Shown: piece after piece, positions 9,712 to 21,552 of the stretch
Layout of the letters: the number at the start of each line of letters is the position of its first letter
Position numbering within the stretch: position 1 is the stretch's first letter
The notes under the pieces: model-generated
Told to the model about the DNA's origin: nothing
Database searches by the model: none
The model's input: the letters and a program-made list of their open reading frames with translations, nothing else
Translations under genes and position numbers: made by a program
Assembly (NCBI GenBank): GCA_963815195.1
Contig: CAWFGE010000008.1
Span: forward strand, 256,001 to 320,000
Length of the DNA stretch: 64,000 nt
Direction: 5' to 3'
Origin: an uncultured Planctomycetaceae bacterium
Lineage (GTDB): Bacteria; Planctomycetota; Planctomycetia; Planctomycetales; Planctomycetaceae

Positions 9712-11961
9712 TCATTTCGCGAGGTCTTCGAGCTTCCGCACCACATCGTCCGGCAGGAACTTGTCGCGATGCCCCGCCGCGCGGTTGATTTGATCCAGCT
9801 CCAAAGCGGTTTTCGCTTCATCTCGCGCCCGTTCCCGATCCCCGGCGAGTTGAAACGCCGAGGCCCGCTCCGCCCGCAACGGGGCATAGTTTGGATACCG
9901 CTCCACGGCTTTCGAGAAATACTCGACGGCCCGGCCGGCCTCTTCGGGCGAACTCTCGATCGACGCCCGCTGCGCAGACATCTCGCCCAGCCGGCGATAC
10001 CCGGCGTAGCTCGCCGGGTCGCCCTTGACGGCCAACTTCCCGGCGAGGGCGGCCCGCTCAAAATCCCGCGGCCGCCGGCTGCCCTGCCAGATCTGAAAAT
10101 ACAATTCCGCCAGATGTTCGGCGGGTTCGGGCGAATCGGGATCCGCTTCCTCGGCCTCTTCGAAGGCCCGGGCCGCCGCCAACGGTTTGCCATCCGAAAC
10201 CGCCGCGTTGCCGATCAAAAGATACAAATTCCGATTCCACACCGGCCCCGTGGCCGAGACCAGGCACAGAAAAAACGCAAGCAGCGCCGCCGCCCGCGAT
10301 CGCAAAGTATTCGCTTCGGAGCGCGCTGGATGAGGAGAGAATGTTTCGCGTCGGATTCCCACGGCCCCCAATCCAAAAAGACCAACAGGATCAAAGCCGT
10401 TTGCGTGATCGCGGGCATTTCCATCCCGCCGGCTCCCAACAAATGCACCATAAGCGCTGCGATTCCCGCAAACATCGCCTCGCGCGGAACCTTGGCCAAG
10501 GGAGTTTTTCTGAGGATCGCCCACACAATGACTCCGGCCAAAAGCAGCCCAACCAGCCGCAGTCCGACGAAATCGCCGGAGACCCAGCGAACGAGCATCA
10601 CCAAAAAAAACGCCGCCGCCGCGCCCGCTTCCCAGGCGGAAAACGAAAGGCCGTTCTCCGCGGAGGCGTCGACCGTTCGCTCGCGGCGAACCTGGCGAAC
10701 CGCCCATCCCAACAGCAGGAAGGATCCCAACAGGGCCAAGAGGCCGCCGCTGGTCCAGAGATCGAAAATCCAATTGTGCGGGTCGGCGATTTCCTCGCTG
10801 GACTCGGGGAGCTTGTATTGCAAGTAATGTTGCCGAAAATTCCCCGGCCCCGTGCCCAGCCAGGGATGCTCTTTGACGACGTCCCAAGCCCCGGCCCAGT
10901 ATTGCAAACGATACGCGAGCGACTTGGGGGCCTCGGAAATCACTTCCCGATCGAACCCCCCGCTCTGGGCCGCGATCCAAAAAAACACGCCCGCCGCGAG
11001 GACCATGCCGAGCGCCGATCCAACCCCAGCGGCGGTTCCGTCCCGGCCCCGCCAGCTTTGCCGCGAAAAACCAGGCGGCAAGCCCCGCGGCGAATCCCAC
11101 CCACGCCGTGCGGCTTTTCGTCAAGATTAAACAGAACCCGATCAGCAGCAAACACAAGAGCTTGACCGCATCGCCCCACACAGCGCCCGACCGAAAACTC
11201 GAAAACCGCGTCCGGAATTTGAGAAAGCCCATCCCCGCGAACAACCACGCGACGAGAAAGCCCGCCAGGGTGTTGGCGAGCGCGAACGTCGCAAACGGTT
11301 CGGTGGACCGCAGCCGGTTTTCCCAAAGCGATCGGCTGACCGGATTCTCAGGCGCGCCCATCTCCGCGAGTTCCCGCTGGAGGCGAGCCGCTTCTCGGCG
11401 GGCGGCGATCGTGCCGATGCCCGATTGCTCGCCGAGTTCCCTGGTGATCCGTTCGTAGTCTTCCGCGAGCCGAGGCAGCTCGACATAGTGCTGCCAGATT
11501 CCCAATCCCGCCAGCAAAGCCGAGGCGGCAATCATCAGCACCAACAACCGCCGGCCGTCGCCCGCCGTTCGCAGCACCTGCCGGAGCACAAAAAACGACA
11601 GCCCCAATCCCACCCACTCCCAAAACATATTGAGGGCGGACCGCTGGTTGCCGTTCCCGGCGAGCACCCACAGCGTCGAGATCCCATGCCCCGCGACAAC
11701 GAGCCAAACCGCTGCATCGACCCAGCCGAGCTTCAAGCGGTAGTCGTCCCGCCGGTAGGCGTCCCAGCCCCAGAGGACCGCCGCGAGGATCCAAAGCTGC
11801 GTGATCCAAAGCGTCTCGCCGAGCACCGAGGCTTCCGCCGGGATGAGCAATCTCGCGACAATCAACAACGCCGCGAGCGCTTGGAGAAGGCGATACAGCG
11901 AGCCTTCGGCGAAGCGCTCGCTGTGGACGGTTTGGGCGGCGGGGGTTTGTGAGCGGACCAT
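9712..11961 (-). CDS. O-antigen ligase family membrane protein with C-terminal TPR (internal compensating frameshifts near 10.2-11.1 kb)
   Basis: 'TFALANTLAG' and 'LTKSRTA' lie in the main frame. 'RLQYW...HPWLGTGPGNF...DPHN' lies in the alternative frame 10215-11081. The C-terminus is TPR-like. Confidence 0.8.
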   Translation of the reverse strand: MVRSQTPAAQTVHSERFAEGSLYRLLQALAALLIVARLLIPAEASVLGETLWITQLWILAAVLWGWDAYRRDDYRLKLGWVDAAVWLVVAGHGISTLWVLAGNGNQRSALNMFWEWVGLGLSFFVLRQVLRTAGDGRRLLVLMIAASALLAGLGIWQHYVELPRLAEDYERITRELGEQSGIGTIAARREAARLQRELAEMGAPENPVSRSLWENRLRSTEPFATFALANTLAGFLVAWLFAGMGFLKFRTRFSSFRSGAVWGDAVKLLCLLLIGFCLILTKSRTAWVGFAAGLAAWFFAAKLAGPGRNRRWGWIGARHGPRGGRVFLDRGPERGVRSGSDFRGPQVARVSFAILGRGLGRRQRASLAGHGAGEFSATLLAIQAPRVQRGNRRPAQLDFRSLDQRRPLGPVGILPAVGMGGSPGSPRANGRRLRGERPFVFRLGSGRGGGVFFGDARSLGLRRFRRTAAGWAAFGRSHCVGDPQKNSLGQGSARGDVCGNRSAYGAFVGSRRDGNARDHANGFDPVGLFGLGAVGIRRETFSPHPARSEANTLRSRAAALLAFFLCLVSATGPVWNRNLYLLIGNAAVSDGKPLAAARAFEEAEEADPDSPEPAEHLAELYFQIWQGSRRPRDFERAALAGKLAVKGDPASYAGYRRLGEMSAQRASIESSPEEAGRAVEYFSKAVERYPNYAPLRAERASAFQLAGDRERARDEAKTALELDQINRAAGHRDKFLPDDVVRKLEDLAK

Positions 11962-11997
11962 TCGCGATCGGGTAAGGCGCGCGGACAGCGGACCGCG

Positions 11998-13374
11998 CTA
12001 CGCAATGATGTCGTGCACCACGTTGCCGTACACGTCCGTCAAGCGAAAATCGCGGCCGGCGTATCGGTACGTGAGTTTTTCATGATTGAGGCCGAGGAGA
12101 TGGAGCATCGTCGCGTGCAGGTCGTGCATGTGGACGCGGTTCTCGATGGCGAAATACCCGAACTCGTCGGTGCTCCCATAAGCGAGGCCCGGCTTCACGC
12201 CCCCGCCCGCGAGCCACGTGGTAAAGCCCTGCGGGTTGTGGTCGCGGCCGTTCGTGCCCTGGGCGATCGGGGTCCGGCCGAACTCGCCGCCCCACACCAC
12301 GAGCGTGTCGTCGAGCATGCCCCGCTCTTTCAGATCGGCAAGCAAAGCCGCGATCGGCTGGTCGGTCAGCAGGGCGTTCTTTTCGTGGCCGGATTTGAGG
12401 TTGCTGTGCTGGTCCCATTTGTTGCCGGTGGAGACTTCGACGAACCGCACACCGCTTTCCACAAGCCTTCGGGCCAACAGGCATTGGCGGCCGAAGTTGT
12501 CCGTGGCCGATTCGCCGATGCCGTAGAGCTTGTGAACGTGTTCCGGCTCCCGGCTGAGATCGAGCACATCCGGCGCGGCGTTCTGCATGCGGTAGGCCAG
12601 ATCGACCGATTCGATCGCCCCCTGGATTTGCTCATCCTGCTTCGCCCGCTCGAGATGATCGCGGTTCAACGATTGCAAAAGCTGAATCTGCCGCCGCTGC
12701 TCTGCCGTGGACAAGCGGTCGTTGCCGAGGTATTGGATTTTCGCGTTGCCGAGGTCCCCCGAATGCCCGATGGTCGTGGCTTGATGAATCGCCGGCAGAA
12801 ACGCGGAGCCATAGTTCCGAGGGCCGCCGTGCCCGCTCGCGGGGCTGATGGACACGAACGACGGCAGATCGGGATTGTCCGTGCCCAAGCCGTAAGACAC
12901 CCAGGCTCCGACCGACGGCCGCACCAGGTTGTCGCTGCCGGTGTGGAGCATCGAGACCGCCTGCCCGTGCGATTGGCCCCGGCTGTGCATCGAGTGGATC
13001 ACGCACAGATCATCGATGTGCCGGGCGGTGTGCGGCAGGAGTTCGGAGACCCAGTTCCCGCACTCGCCGTGCCGGGCGAACTTCCACGGGGACTTCAAAA
13101 GCTTGGGCGTGGCGTCGATGTTCTTCGCCGGCTCGAAGGGCAGCTTTTGCCCGTCCATCTCCTGGAGCTTGGGTTTGTAGTCGAAGGTATCGACCTGGCT
13201 CGGGCCGCCGTGCATGAACAGAAAAATCACCTGCTTGGCCTTGGCCGGATGATGGGCCTTCCGCGCATGGAGTCCCGCCTGAGCCAGCGAAGCCGGCATG
13301 GTCTGAAGCGCCAACCCGCCCAAACCGAGCGCGGAGAGTTTCAAAAGATCGCGGCGCGTGTAAGAAGTTTTCAT
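11998..13374 (-). CDS. DUF1501 domain protein (Tat signal)
   Basis: TRRDLL signal, '[15 protein letters not shown]', 'GEFGRTP', 'GRDHNP', 'GRDFRLTDV'. Confidence 0.92.
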   Translation of the reverse strand: MKTSYTRRDLLKLSALGLGGLALQTMPASLAQAGLHARKAHHPAKAKQVIFLFMHGGPSQVDTFDYKPKLQEMDGQKLPFEPAKNIDATPKLLKSPWKFARHGECGNWVSELLPHTARHIDDLCVIHSMHSRGQSHGQAVSMLHTGSDNLVRPSVGAWVSYGLGTDNPDLPSFVSISPASGHGGPRNYGSAFLPAIHQATTIGHSGDLGNAKIQYLGNDRLSTAEQRRQIQLLQSLNRDHLERAKQDEQIQGAIESVDLAYRMQNAAPDVLDLSREPEHVHKLYGIGESATDNFGRQCLLARRLVESGVRFVEVSTGNKWDQHSNLKSGHEKNALLTDQPIAALLADLKERGMLDDTLVVWGGEFGRTPIAQGTNGRDHNPQGFTTWLAGGGVKPGLAYGSTDEFGYFAIENRVHMHDLHATMLHLLGLNHEKLTYRYAGRDFRLTDVYGNVVHDIIA

Positions 13375-13481
13375 GGCGGGATATTTCCGGAGGACTGTTG
13401 AAGAATATCTTTTATTCTTATGTTTCCCAAGCCGACGCCGCTGGCGTCGGACCGACGACAAGTCGTCGGCTTGGGACCTCG

Positions 13482-16411
13482 TCAATTCAACATGCGAAAT
13501 TCGGTCGAGGCAAACAAGGTGTGGATCAACTGCGCCAGCGGGCGGGGCGAATCGGTCTTCTTGTTGGCCGACTTGGCTTCTTCCGCGGCTTTCAAGAAGG
13601 CTTCCGCGCGCGCGGCTTCCGAATCCGTGGGCGGGCGGGAGAGCACCAATTCATACGTTCGGTCGATGAGGTTTTTCGGATCATCGGTTTCCGCCGAGTT
13701 CTCCACGCGGGCCGCGGCGCGTTCGGCTTGGTCCATGACGAACGGGCTGTTTAACAGGAGCAAGCGCTTGAGCCGGGACGTTCGTCACCGACCGCCGGCC
13801 TGTGACCAGATCGGGATCGGCGAAATCGAACACCAAGAGGATCGGCGGGAGTCTCGGCCCGGATGATCGGCAGATAGGCGCTGCGATGCTCCGAGGCCTT
13901 TCGCTCGAACTTGGTTTGCTCGGATGTGTTCTGCGTGACCAGCGTGCCCAAGCCTTCCACGGGCGTGCCGCCGGGCGAAAGATCGACCGCGCCGCTGATG
14001 GCGAGCATCGCATCGCGAACAGCCTCGGCCGGGAGTCTGCGGCGGTTCGCCCGCCAGAGCAGGCGGTTCTCGGGGTCGGCGTTCCAGGCGGCAGGGTTAA
14101 GTTCGCTACTCATCCCGTACGCCCGGCTGAGCACGATCCGCCGAATGGTCTGCTTCGTCGACCAGCCGTCCGCGATGAAATCCGCCGCCAGCCGGTCGAG
14201 CAATTCGGGATGCGAAGGCCGATCGCCGAGCTTGCCGAAGTTGTCCACGCTGGGCACGATGCCCTGGCCGAAGAGATGATGCCAAATCCGGTTGACAAAA
14301 ACGCGGGCCGTCAGCGGATTGTTGGGATCGGCGATCCAATCGGCCAGTTCCTTCCGGCCGCTTTGTCCGGGCGAAAACGCCGGCAGTTCGCCCCACGTCG
14401 CCACTTGCAAAACCCCGCGGGGCACGACCTCGCCGCGATTTTGATGATCGCCCCGAACGCAAATCGCGCAGTCGGCGACCTTCGGGGCCTCGGTGACCGC
14501 AATCGCCTTGGGCAAAGGCGGCGGGGCGTTTTTTTCGAGCGTCTTGAGCTCCGCTTCCAACCGCGCTTGTTTGCCCTTCGCTTTTTCCAAAGCCGACGCG
14601 GCCTTCTTGAATTCGGGATTGTCCGCCGCAACCGCCGCATGCACCGGCTTGCCGTTTTTGTCGAGTTCCACGAGCCGGACGGCATCCGCGATCACATAGC
14701 CTTCGGTGCCGCGCGTGGAGATCGTAATCACCGCCGGCTGTTTTTCGCTAAAGGGAAACTTCCCGACGGAAGCAAACAACCCATCGATCGGCGGTTTCTT
14801 TGACTCATTCAAAGTGACTTCGACCTCGGCGTCGGCGTGCTTGATGCTCACCGGCACATTGCTCGCCCGATTGCCGCCCGTTGTGTAAGACAGCCGCACC
14901 TCGTAAGTCGCCGCGCGGGGAATCTCGATCGTATATTCAATCCACTTCTCGCCCTTCTCGGACTGGTCATCGTGCACATAGCCCGTGCCGATGAAGGAAG
15001 GCGAATACGTGGAATCCTTCCACACGCCGGTCTTCTTGGCGTCGGCATCGTCCGCCGTCAGCGAACGTTCGCCCGCCTTGAGCTTCGCCAAAGATTTCTC
15101 CAGGTTCGTCTGCTGTTTCTTCGCCTGGGCGATGGCGGACTTGAATTCCTTCTGTTTGGCCTCAAACTTTTCGACGGCGGCGAGATGCTCAGGCGAAGTC
15201 GGCAAAGTCCGGCGGGGCCAGGTGGAGACGTATTGCTGGCTTTCGCCTTTGAGGGTTTCCGTGCTTTGAAAAATGCCCGCCATCGCGTAGTAGTCGGCCG
15301 TGGGGATCGGATCGAACTTATGATCGTGGCAGCGGGCACAACCGACGGTCATCCCCAAAAACGCCTGCCCGATCGTATTGATCTGCTCGTCCACGACATC
15401 CATCGTGAGCTTCATCTTGTCCCGCTCGCTGAGCATCTTCGCCCCCATCATCAGAAACCCCGTCGCCACGACTTGGTCGGTGCGCTCGGCATCGGTTTCG
15501 CTCGAAAGCAAATCGCCCGCGATCTGCTCGCGCACGAACTGGTCGAACGGCTTGTCGCGGTTGAAGGATTCGATGACATAGTCGCGGTACTTCCAGGCGT
15601 TGTGGAAGGTCGCGTTGAAATCGCCGCCGTTGGAGTCGGCGTAGCGGGCGACATCCAGCCAATGCCGGCCCCAGTGGACGCCGAACTCCTTGGAATCGAG
15701 CAGCCGATCTACGACCCGCTCCCAAGCCCCGGGTGAGTTATCGCTGAGAAACTCCTCGACCTCGGCCGGCGAAGGCGGGAGGCCGATGAGATCGAAATAC
15801 AGCCGGCGAATCCGCGTCCGGCGGTCCGCGTCGGGGGCAGGCTTCAAGCGGGAGTGTTCTAACTTCGCCAGCACGAAAGCATCAATGTCATTAAGCGGCC
15901 AATTCTTGTCCGAGACCGCCGGCGCCTCCGCCCGCTTCACCGGCTGAAACGCCCAAAACTTTTTGCCGGCTTCGATGTCGATCGTCCGCGGGGCCGCTTT
16001 GGGTTCCGCGGCCGGCGTCTCGGTGCGGGGATCGTAGGCCCCGGTTTTGATCCACCGCTCGAAGTCGTCGATGATCTTCTTCGGCAACCGCCCGGCGGGA
16101 GGCATCTCGAAACTTTCGTAGCGGAGGGCTTCCATGAGCAGGCTTTCCTCCGGCTTGCCCGCCACCAGAGCCGGCCCCGAATCCCCGCCGTCGAGCAGAC
16201 CCGCCGCCGAGTCCACACGCAGGTTTCCTTTAATTTCCTTCGCCGTCGCGGAATGGCATTCGTAGCAATGCTTCACGAGCACCGGGCGAATCCGCGACTC
16301 GAAAAACGCCCGCTCCTTCGCATCCTCGCCCAGCGATACGCGTGTCCCCCAAAGGGCGGACACCAATGCGGCCAGCATGATCAGCGTGCAGCGAACCATA
16401 AAACGAACCAT
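13482..16411 (-). CDS. Planctomycete cytochrome c / DUF1549 / DUF1553 (PSD1) protein with inserted golvesin-like beta domain; frameshifted near 13.76-13.85 kb
   Basis: CYECH, '[10 protein letters not shown]', '[12 protein letters not shown]', '[13 protein letters not shown]', 'PSHPELLD'. The C-terminus continues in ORFs 13681-14013 and 13482-13763. Confidence 0.88.
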
Positions 16412-16710
16412 TCCAGGTAAGACAGGTCTCGAGCGGATGGAATTTTCGGGGGGGCGGGTCTATTCGGCAGGCGTGATGCTCCCATGATACAAGACTCCAT
16501 CAAAAAATGCACCGCTCAAACTCGCTCCAAATCCAACTCGCCGGCGAATTTCCGATCCCAGTCAATGAAGCCGAACCCCGCTCGAATCGGGAACCGCCTT
16601 AACAATCCCCGCCGCTCTCTTGACCGGCCCAGTCCACAAAATTAGGATCAACACACAAACGGTCATCAAGATTTCCCCCGCCCCAACCGATACAACCAAA
16701 AAAAGTCTCA

Positions 16711-16783
16711 GGCGCCGTAGCCAAGTGGCCTAAGGCAGCGGATTGCAAATCCGCCATCGCCGGTTCAAATCCGGCCGGCGCCT
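16711..16783 (+). tRNA. tRNA-Cys(GCA)
   Basis: Cloverleaf: acceptor GGCGCCG/CGGCGCC, anticodon arm GCGGA-TTGCAAA-TCCGC, T-loop TTCAAAT. CCA is not encoded. Confidence 0.97.
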
Positions 16784-16786
16784 CTT
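16738..16786 (+). repeat. Left attachment site: 49-bp direct repeat (3' part of tRNA-Cys)
   Basis: Identical to 31758-31806 (gcggattgcaaat...ggcgcctctt). Confidence 0.96.
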
Positions 16787-18307
16787 CGGACATCAGCGGA
16801 CATTCGCGGCTCATCATCGCCCAAACCCTTAATTTTCAAAGGGTTTGGGCGATTCGCTTTTTTTGGCGTCGGATCGGGGTTTTCCCCACTTCCGGACATC
16901 TGCGGACATACGCTGCCGGGGGCTGGTCCAAGTTTTGGTCCAAGTTTTTGCGGAGCCTGCCCGTCCGTCCCGGTCGCCTGGAGGGATTCCGGGCGGTCCG
17001 ATCCGCCCGGTTTCGGAACGACGGGAACGCCCACCAGAGCCGCCGCCACGTCCCGGGCCTGCAAATGACTGTATCGGTCCATCGTGAGCTTGAATCGTCG
17101 AATGGCGGGCCAATTCCTTGGCCGTGTTGGGGTGAACCTCGGCCGTCGCGAGGGACGAAATGAAAGTGTGACGCAGGGCGTGGAAATCGAAGACGCAGCC
17201 GCGGGCGTCTTCGTACTTGAACAGGTCGGATCGTTCCCGTTGCTCCCGGACGAACGATTTCGCATCGTCGATCCAATTCGTTCGCGCGGCTTCCAGGTCG
17301 ATGCGAAGCATCTTCGCGGCGGTTCGCCACCACGAGCCGGGCCACAAGAGGGCGTCCGGGTCATCCTCCCGCCGTTTCGCAATCCAATCGGACAACCAGG
17401 CCGCGGCCTCAGGCGAAAGCGGTTGGACATCGAGCCGGCGGCGTTTCGAGTAGGCTGCAGCGACGGTGATGGTCGGGGGATTCGCGGCGAGGTTGAACGA
17501 CCTGGGCGTGAGGGACGCGAGTTCCTGCGCCCGCAGCCCCGAATAAGCGGCCGTGAAATAGAGCATCATGCGATCTTCGCCGGCGAGCCGCCGATAAACT
17601 TCCTCGGATTCCTTCGCGGCCTTGATGAGCCATTCCAATTCTTCGGGCGTCGCGGCCCGGCGTTCCCGCTTCACGTCCACGTCTTCATTCACCGGCGAGA
17701 GATGATGCGAAAAGATTCTCCGGCCAACGGCGTTCCTTGATGAGCCAGGTTCCGAAGTTCTTGATGACCTGCAAATAATCGTTGCTGGTCGCCGCGCCGA
17801 TCCGGCCGGAATCCGCGTTCATTTTTCAGCCAGTCCGCCACGCGATGCGCCTGCAGGTGTTGCAGCTTGATGAAATCGGCATCCGTCGAAAAGCCGTTGA
17901 AGGCGGTTGGCTTGCTGTTGAACATGGTCGGGGGAATTGTCTTTCGATTCGAGATGCCGGCGGAAATCCTCCACGTGTTCCGAAAGCATCCGCTCGCGAT
18001 GCTCTTCATAGGGATCCGAGTAGCCATTCTTTTCGCGGTTCGCTTTGCGGACGATCTCGCGGAGCATCTCGGCCGCTTCGTCCTTGTCCGCCGAAAGCGG
18101 CTCGCGTTGAATGACGCCATCGGCATCCCGATACTTGCCGTACCATTTTCGGGTCTTGCGTAGGCAGCGTTCGCCATCATCGGTGAGCGGGGCCGTGATC
18201 ACCCGGCCGCGGGTTCGGAAGCGGGCGAACTTCCGCCCGTCCTTCTCGACGATCTCGGCTTGTTTCGGGATGGGGGCGGGGTAGGTGTGCTGATACAGAT
18301 GGGCCAT
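16765..18307 (-). CDS. Tyrosine recombinase/integrase (split over 3-4 frames)
   Basis: 'YSGLRAQEL', 'DFHALRHTF' and 'LARHS', then after a frameshift 'LTMDRYSH'. N-terminal part 'RKWYGKYRDADG' is in ORF 17819-18385. Confidence 0.9.
16924..16948 (+). repeat. Tandem 12-mer (TGGTCCAAGTTT)x2, putative integrase arm-type site
   Basis: The same tandem occurs at 31701-31725 inside the other end of the element. Confidence 0.75.
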
Positions 18308-18405
18308 TGGATTCGATCCTTTCTGATACGCGCCGGCCACGCGGGGCGGCGGGGTATCAGTCCCGCTCGCCCCGGCAGCCGGCAAAGGTCAATAACACCA
18401 TAACA

Positions 18406-18711
18406 TCACCGATGGCCGATTTCATCTCGGATTCGCTGCTCTTCCATCGCCTGCCATTCGCTGCGGGTTGGGAGCGTTCCGTCTGGCTTTTGGGATGCCA
18501 GCCAGCGGACAATCACATCCCGAAGCCAACGCTTCGAGCGCGTGCCGATCGTCAGGGCCTTGGGGATCTTGCCTTCCGAATCCAACCGGCGGACTTGGCG
18601 TTCATCCACCCGCAATTCGCGGGCGAGTTCTTCGGCCGTCATGGTCAAAGGCGGCGGAAGTTCATCCGCAGATTGCGGCGGGGGGAACGGGATGGTTTCG
18701 GGTTTGCTCAT
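18406..18711 (-). CDS. AlpA/excisionase-like helix-turn-helix protein
   Basis: 'MTAEELARELRVDERQVRRL..GKIPKAL.IG.RSKRW'; located directly upstream of the integrase. Confidence 0.8.
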   Translation of the reverse strand: MSKPETIPFPPPQSADELPPPLTMTAEELARELRVDERQVRRLDSEGKIPKALTIGTRSKRWLRDVIVRWLASQKPDGTLPTRSEWQAMEEQRIRDEIGHR

Positions 18712-18882
18712 GTCAATTCGCTTGATCTATAGCGTTTGCGATTGTGAAAAATGATGAACCGTCAGTCGCCATTGCTGTTCCGATCCGCGGCCGGGCTGAT
18801 GGAGAAGCCCAACCGCCTGAAGAGTTTGCCGGCCTGGGCCGTGTTTGTAATTTCTTCCATTCGGCTTTTTGGTAACTAGGAT

Positions 18883-19176
18883 TTACCGTTCACGGCAGAG
18901 TTTCACGGCCTCTTTTGAGGCATGTTTCCATTCCCCGCCCCGCTTCTTTTTCAGCCGGTTCAAGGCTTTCTCCGCATCCTCACCCGGTAGCGGCTTCGGC
19001 GGCGGTGCAGTTCGCGGGGCGAAATCGGCCCAGCCGAACCGAGACAGGTCAAAAGGTACTTCCCCCCGATCGCTCTTATTTTTCGTGAACGAGAAGTACC
19101 GCAGGTATAAAACACACTTTGTTTCTTCGCCGATACGGGCCATGTTTTGGTGTCCTGACGCCATTGACACTGACAC
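18883..19176 (-). CDS. Small hypothetical protein carrying a duplicate of the DUF3987 protein C-terminal winged-helix-like segment (probably frameshifted)
   Basis: DNA 18928-19021 resembles 19289-19386 ('PRELHRRRSRYR..EKALNRLK.KRGGEW'). Confidence 0.45.
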   Translation of the reverse strand: MSVSMASGHQNMARIGEETKCVLYLRYFSFTKNKSDRGEVPFDLSRFGWADFAPRTAPPPKPLPGEDAEKALNRLKKKRGGEWKHASKEAVKLCRER

Positions 19177-19213
19177 TTTTGGTTTTCCCGCGGGATTGAA
19201 CGAATAACGTCAT

Positions 19214-21147
19214 TCAGCCCGCTCGCCAGTCCTCGAAATCCAACAGCCGAAACTCCCGCCGGGGGCGTCGGCGGGTTTTCACCAACCGCCATTCCCCGCC
19301 CCGCTTCCTTTTCAGCCGGTTCAAGGCTTTCTCGGCTTCTTCGCAGGTGCGGTAGCGGCTTCGGCGGCGATGCAGTTCGCGGGGCGTGATGGATCCCCCG
19401 TTGGCTTTGATGACCAATTCCAGATCCCGAAATTCCATCAGTTCTTCATCAGCCCCGCCGGGAACCTGGAAGGCGGAATAGATACGTTTCGTTTCCCGGC
19501 CGAACCATTCCGCCAAACGGATCCCAGCCCGCAAACTCTCCAGCCCCACGGCTTCGCTCTCGGCGTTCAACGTCACGAGTTCCACCAAATGCAACAGAAG
19601 AGCCAGCCGCGCCGCATAGCTTTCCAGTTTCGACCAGGCCGAAGCCAAAGCCCCGAAAGGTCGGCTTGTTCCTCCCCGTGCCGATCCATGAATGCAATCC
19701 ATTCGGTCCGGGCGTCGGGAGTCAGCCCCACCAGCTTGGGGCGGGGCATTCCCATATCATCCCGTTCGGGTTCCAAATCCAAGAGTCCCTGATAAACGTC
19801 GGCCAATTGAGCTTGAGCGGTTTCCCCCACTTCGGCATCAATCCAGCGGCGGGGCGTGCGGGGCGGCATGGCCATCAGAAACCGGGCGGCCAATCCGTTC
19901 TGAAAATGCTCCCGTCCCAAAACGGATTTCAGGATCTCCGGCTGAATGCCCCCGGTGATCGAAACCGCGGCTCGGCTGATGTGAGTCACGGGAACGGAAG
20001 TCTTTCGATCCACGGTGATGGAATCCGTATCAAACAGCGAAAGCCATTTCGCCACATCCCCGCCGTTCCCCGAACGGTACTGATTGAAACTCTGAAACCA
20101 GCCGCTCAATTCATCGCGCTGCACCAACAGCCCTTTCGGGTTTTCCATCAACCGCACGGGCAGGGCTTCGGTTGTGGTGTCATCGATCAACAGGCGGCGG
20201 GCGGTGGGCGGGGCCGGCGAATCGGGCGGCGGTTCCCCGCGGCGGCGGCCGGCCCGCTTCCATTCCGCCAGGTCCGCATCGAATTGGGTTTTGTCTTGGG
20301 CGTGGCGCTCGAGGTCTTCATCGAATTGGGCGAACCATCGGCTTTGAATCGCCCGCAGCGGCCGCAAGGCCATCTTCATGGCGGGGGATTTGCCCGTTCC
20401 CGATTCGCCGATGGTGCAGGTCCAAATCACGGGCGGGACGATCCATTCCTCTTTAATCCGAAGCGCCGGGAGATGCCCACGCATCCGCCCAAGGCGGAAA
20501 GGATCGGCAGAGCGATGAACGCGGGATCGCAGCCGGCGGACAGGGCGGCGCGGGACGTAAACTCTCCGAGCGGTTTCGGCAGACAATCCACGGGGAACGG
20601 CTCGAACGTTCCCAGTTCGCCCAGTTTTTCGGAAGGCGGGCAGGAATCAAACAGGGCGGCGGGATCATCTTCTCCCAACCAACGCGCTTGGATTTCTTCC
20701 CAGGATTCGGCGGGGTTCATCAATGCGGCTTGCACGGTCTTCGCTCGCGCGAGCAGCCGACGGCGTTTCGCACATTCGGCCACGATGCCCGCGTAATTCC
20801 GCACGTTGGCGGTGCTTTGCGGGGCTTCCATGATTTCCGCAAGAAACAGCGCCCAGCCATCGGCGGGCGCATTCTTGGGGGGCAAGCGTTGCGCCAGAAT
20901 CACCGAATCCACGGGCAGCCCGTCGCGGTCGAGTTCCAGGGCCAAAGCGAAAATCGTTTGATGCTGGTGCGTTGTAAAAATCGCCTGGCGCAATGATTTC
21001 GCCGGCGGCTTCGATCGCTTCGGGACTGTTGAGAATGACCGAACCCAACACGGCCCGCTCCGCATCGGGATTGTTCGGGGGCAATTCAATCGACCGTTGC
21101 CGGCCGTTGTCGGGTTGATTGAAGAGACGATTTATCATCGGACTCAC
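19214..21147 (-). CDS. DnaB N-terminal-like domain fused to DUF3987 (YfjI-like) P-loop protein; putative replication protein, split over 4 frames
   Basis: 'PPNNPDAERAVLGSVIL...DFY..HQTIF' (DnaB-N); 'FEPFPVDCLP', 'GESGTGKSPA', 'RDELSGW', 'SITGGIQP', 'GLAARFL', 'KLESYAARLALLLH'. Confidence 0.82.
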
Positions 21148-21305
21148 TTCGTTGAAGTCTGGTGAGTCCCGGCAATCGTCGCGGAATCCGCGTTCCCAAA
21201 ATCGGTTCTGGTCCGTAAGATGGTGTTGCGAGATTCCGGCAAACCGCCGGGGTTCCCACGGCCGGCCCGGTCATCACGGGTTGGCCGTTCCCTTTGCGCC
21301 CATGC

Positions 21306-21333
21306 AAAAAGCCCACGGGGGATCCGTGGGCTT
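21306..21333 (-). terminator. Hairpin followed by T-tract on the minus strand
   Basis: aagcccacgg-N5-ccgtgggctt followed by a T-run on the minus strand. Confidence 0.5.
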
Positions 21334-21354
21334 CAGTGCGCACGGCGGTTTGGT

Positions 21355-21552
21355 TTACTTGGGCTTCGCGTTCGGTGAAAAATTCCACTGGCGTTCTTCA
21401 ACGTCGTCAGCGGTCCAATCCCAAGACTTCGATGAATTGAGTCTTGGGGCCGGGAATTTGCCCGTTTTGAGAGAGTGGCGCAATTGCCAATAGCTGAAAG
21501 AGTCGGAAATCCGCGGGATTGGATTTCCGAAAAGTGCTTCTTGAGTTGTCAT
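21355..21552 (-). CDS. Small Xis/AlpA-like DNA-binding protein
   Basis: 'YWQLRHSLKTGKFPAPRL...WDWTADDVE'; GGAGG RBS upstream of the ATG. Confidence 0.5.
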   Translation of the reverse strand: MTTQEALFGNPIPRISDSFSYWQLRHSLKTGKFPAPRLNSSKSWDWTADDVEERQWNFSPNAKPK

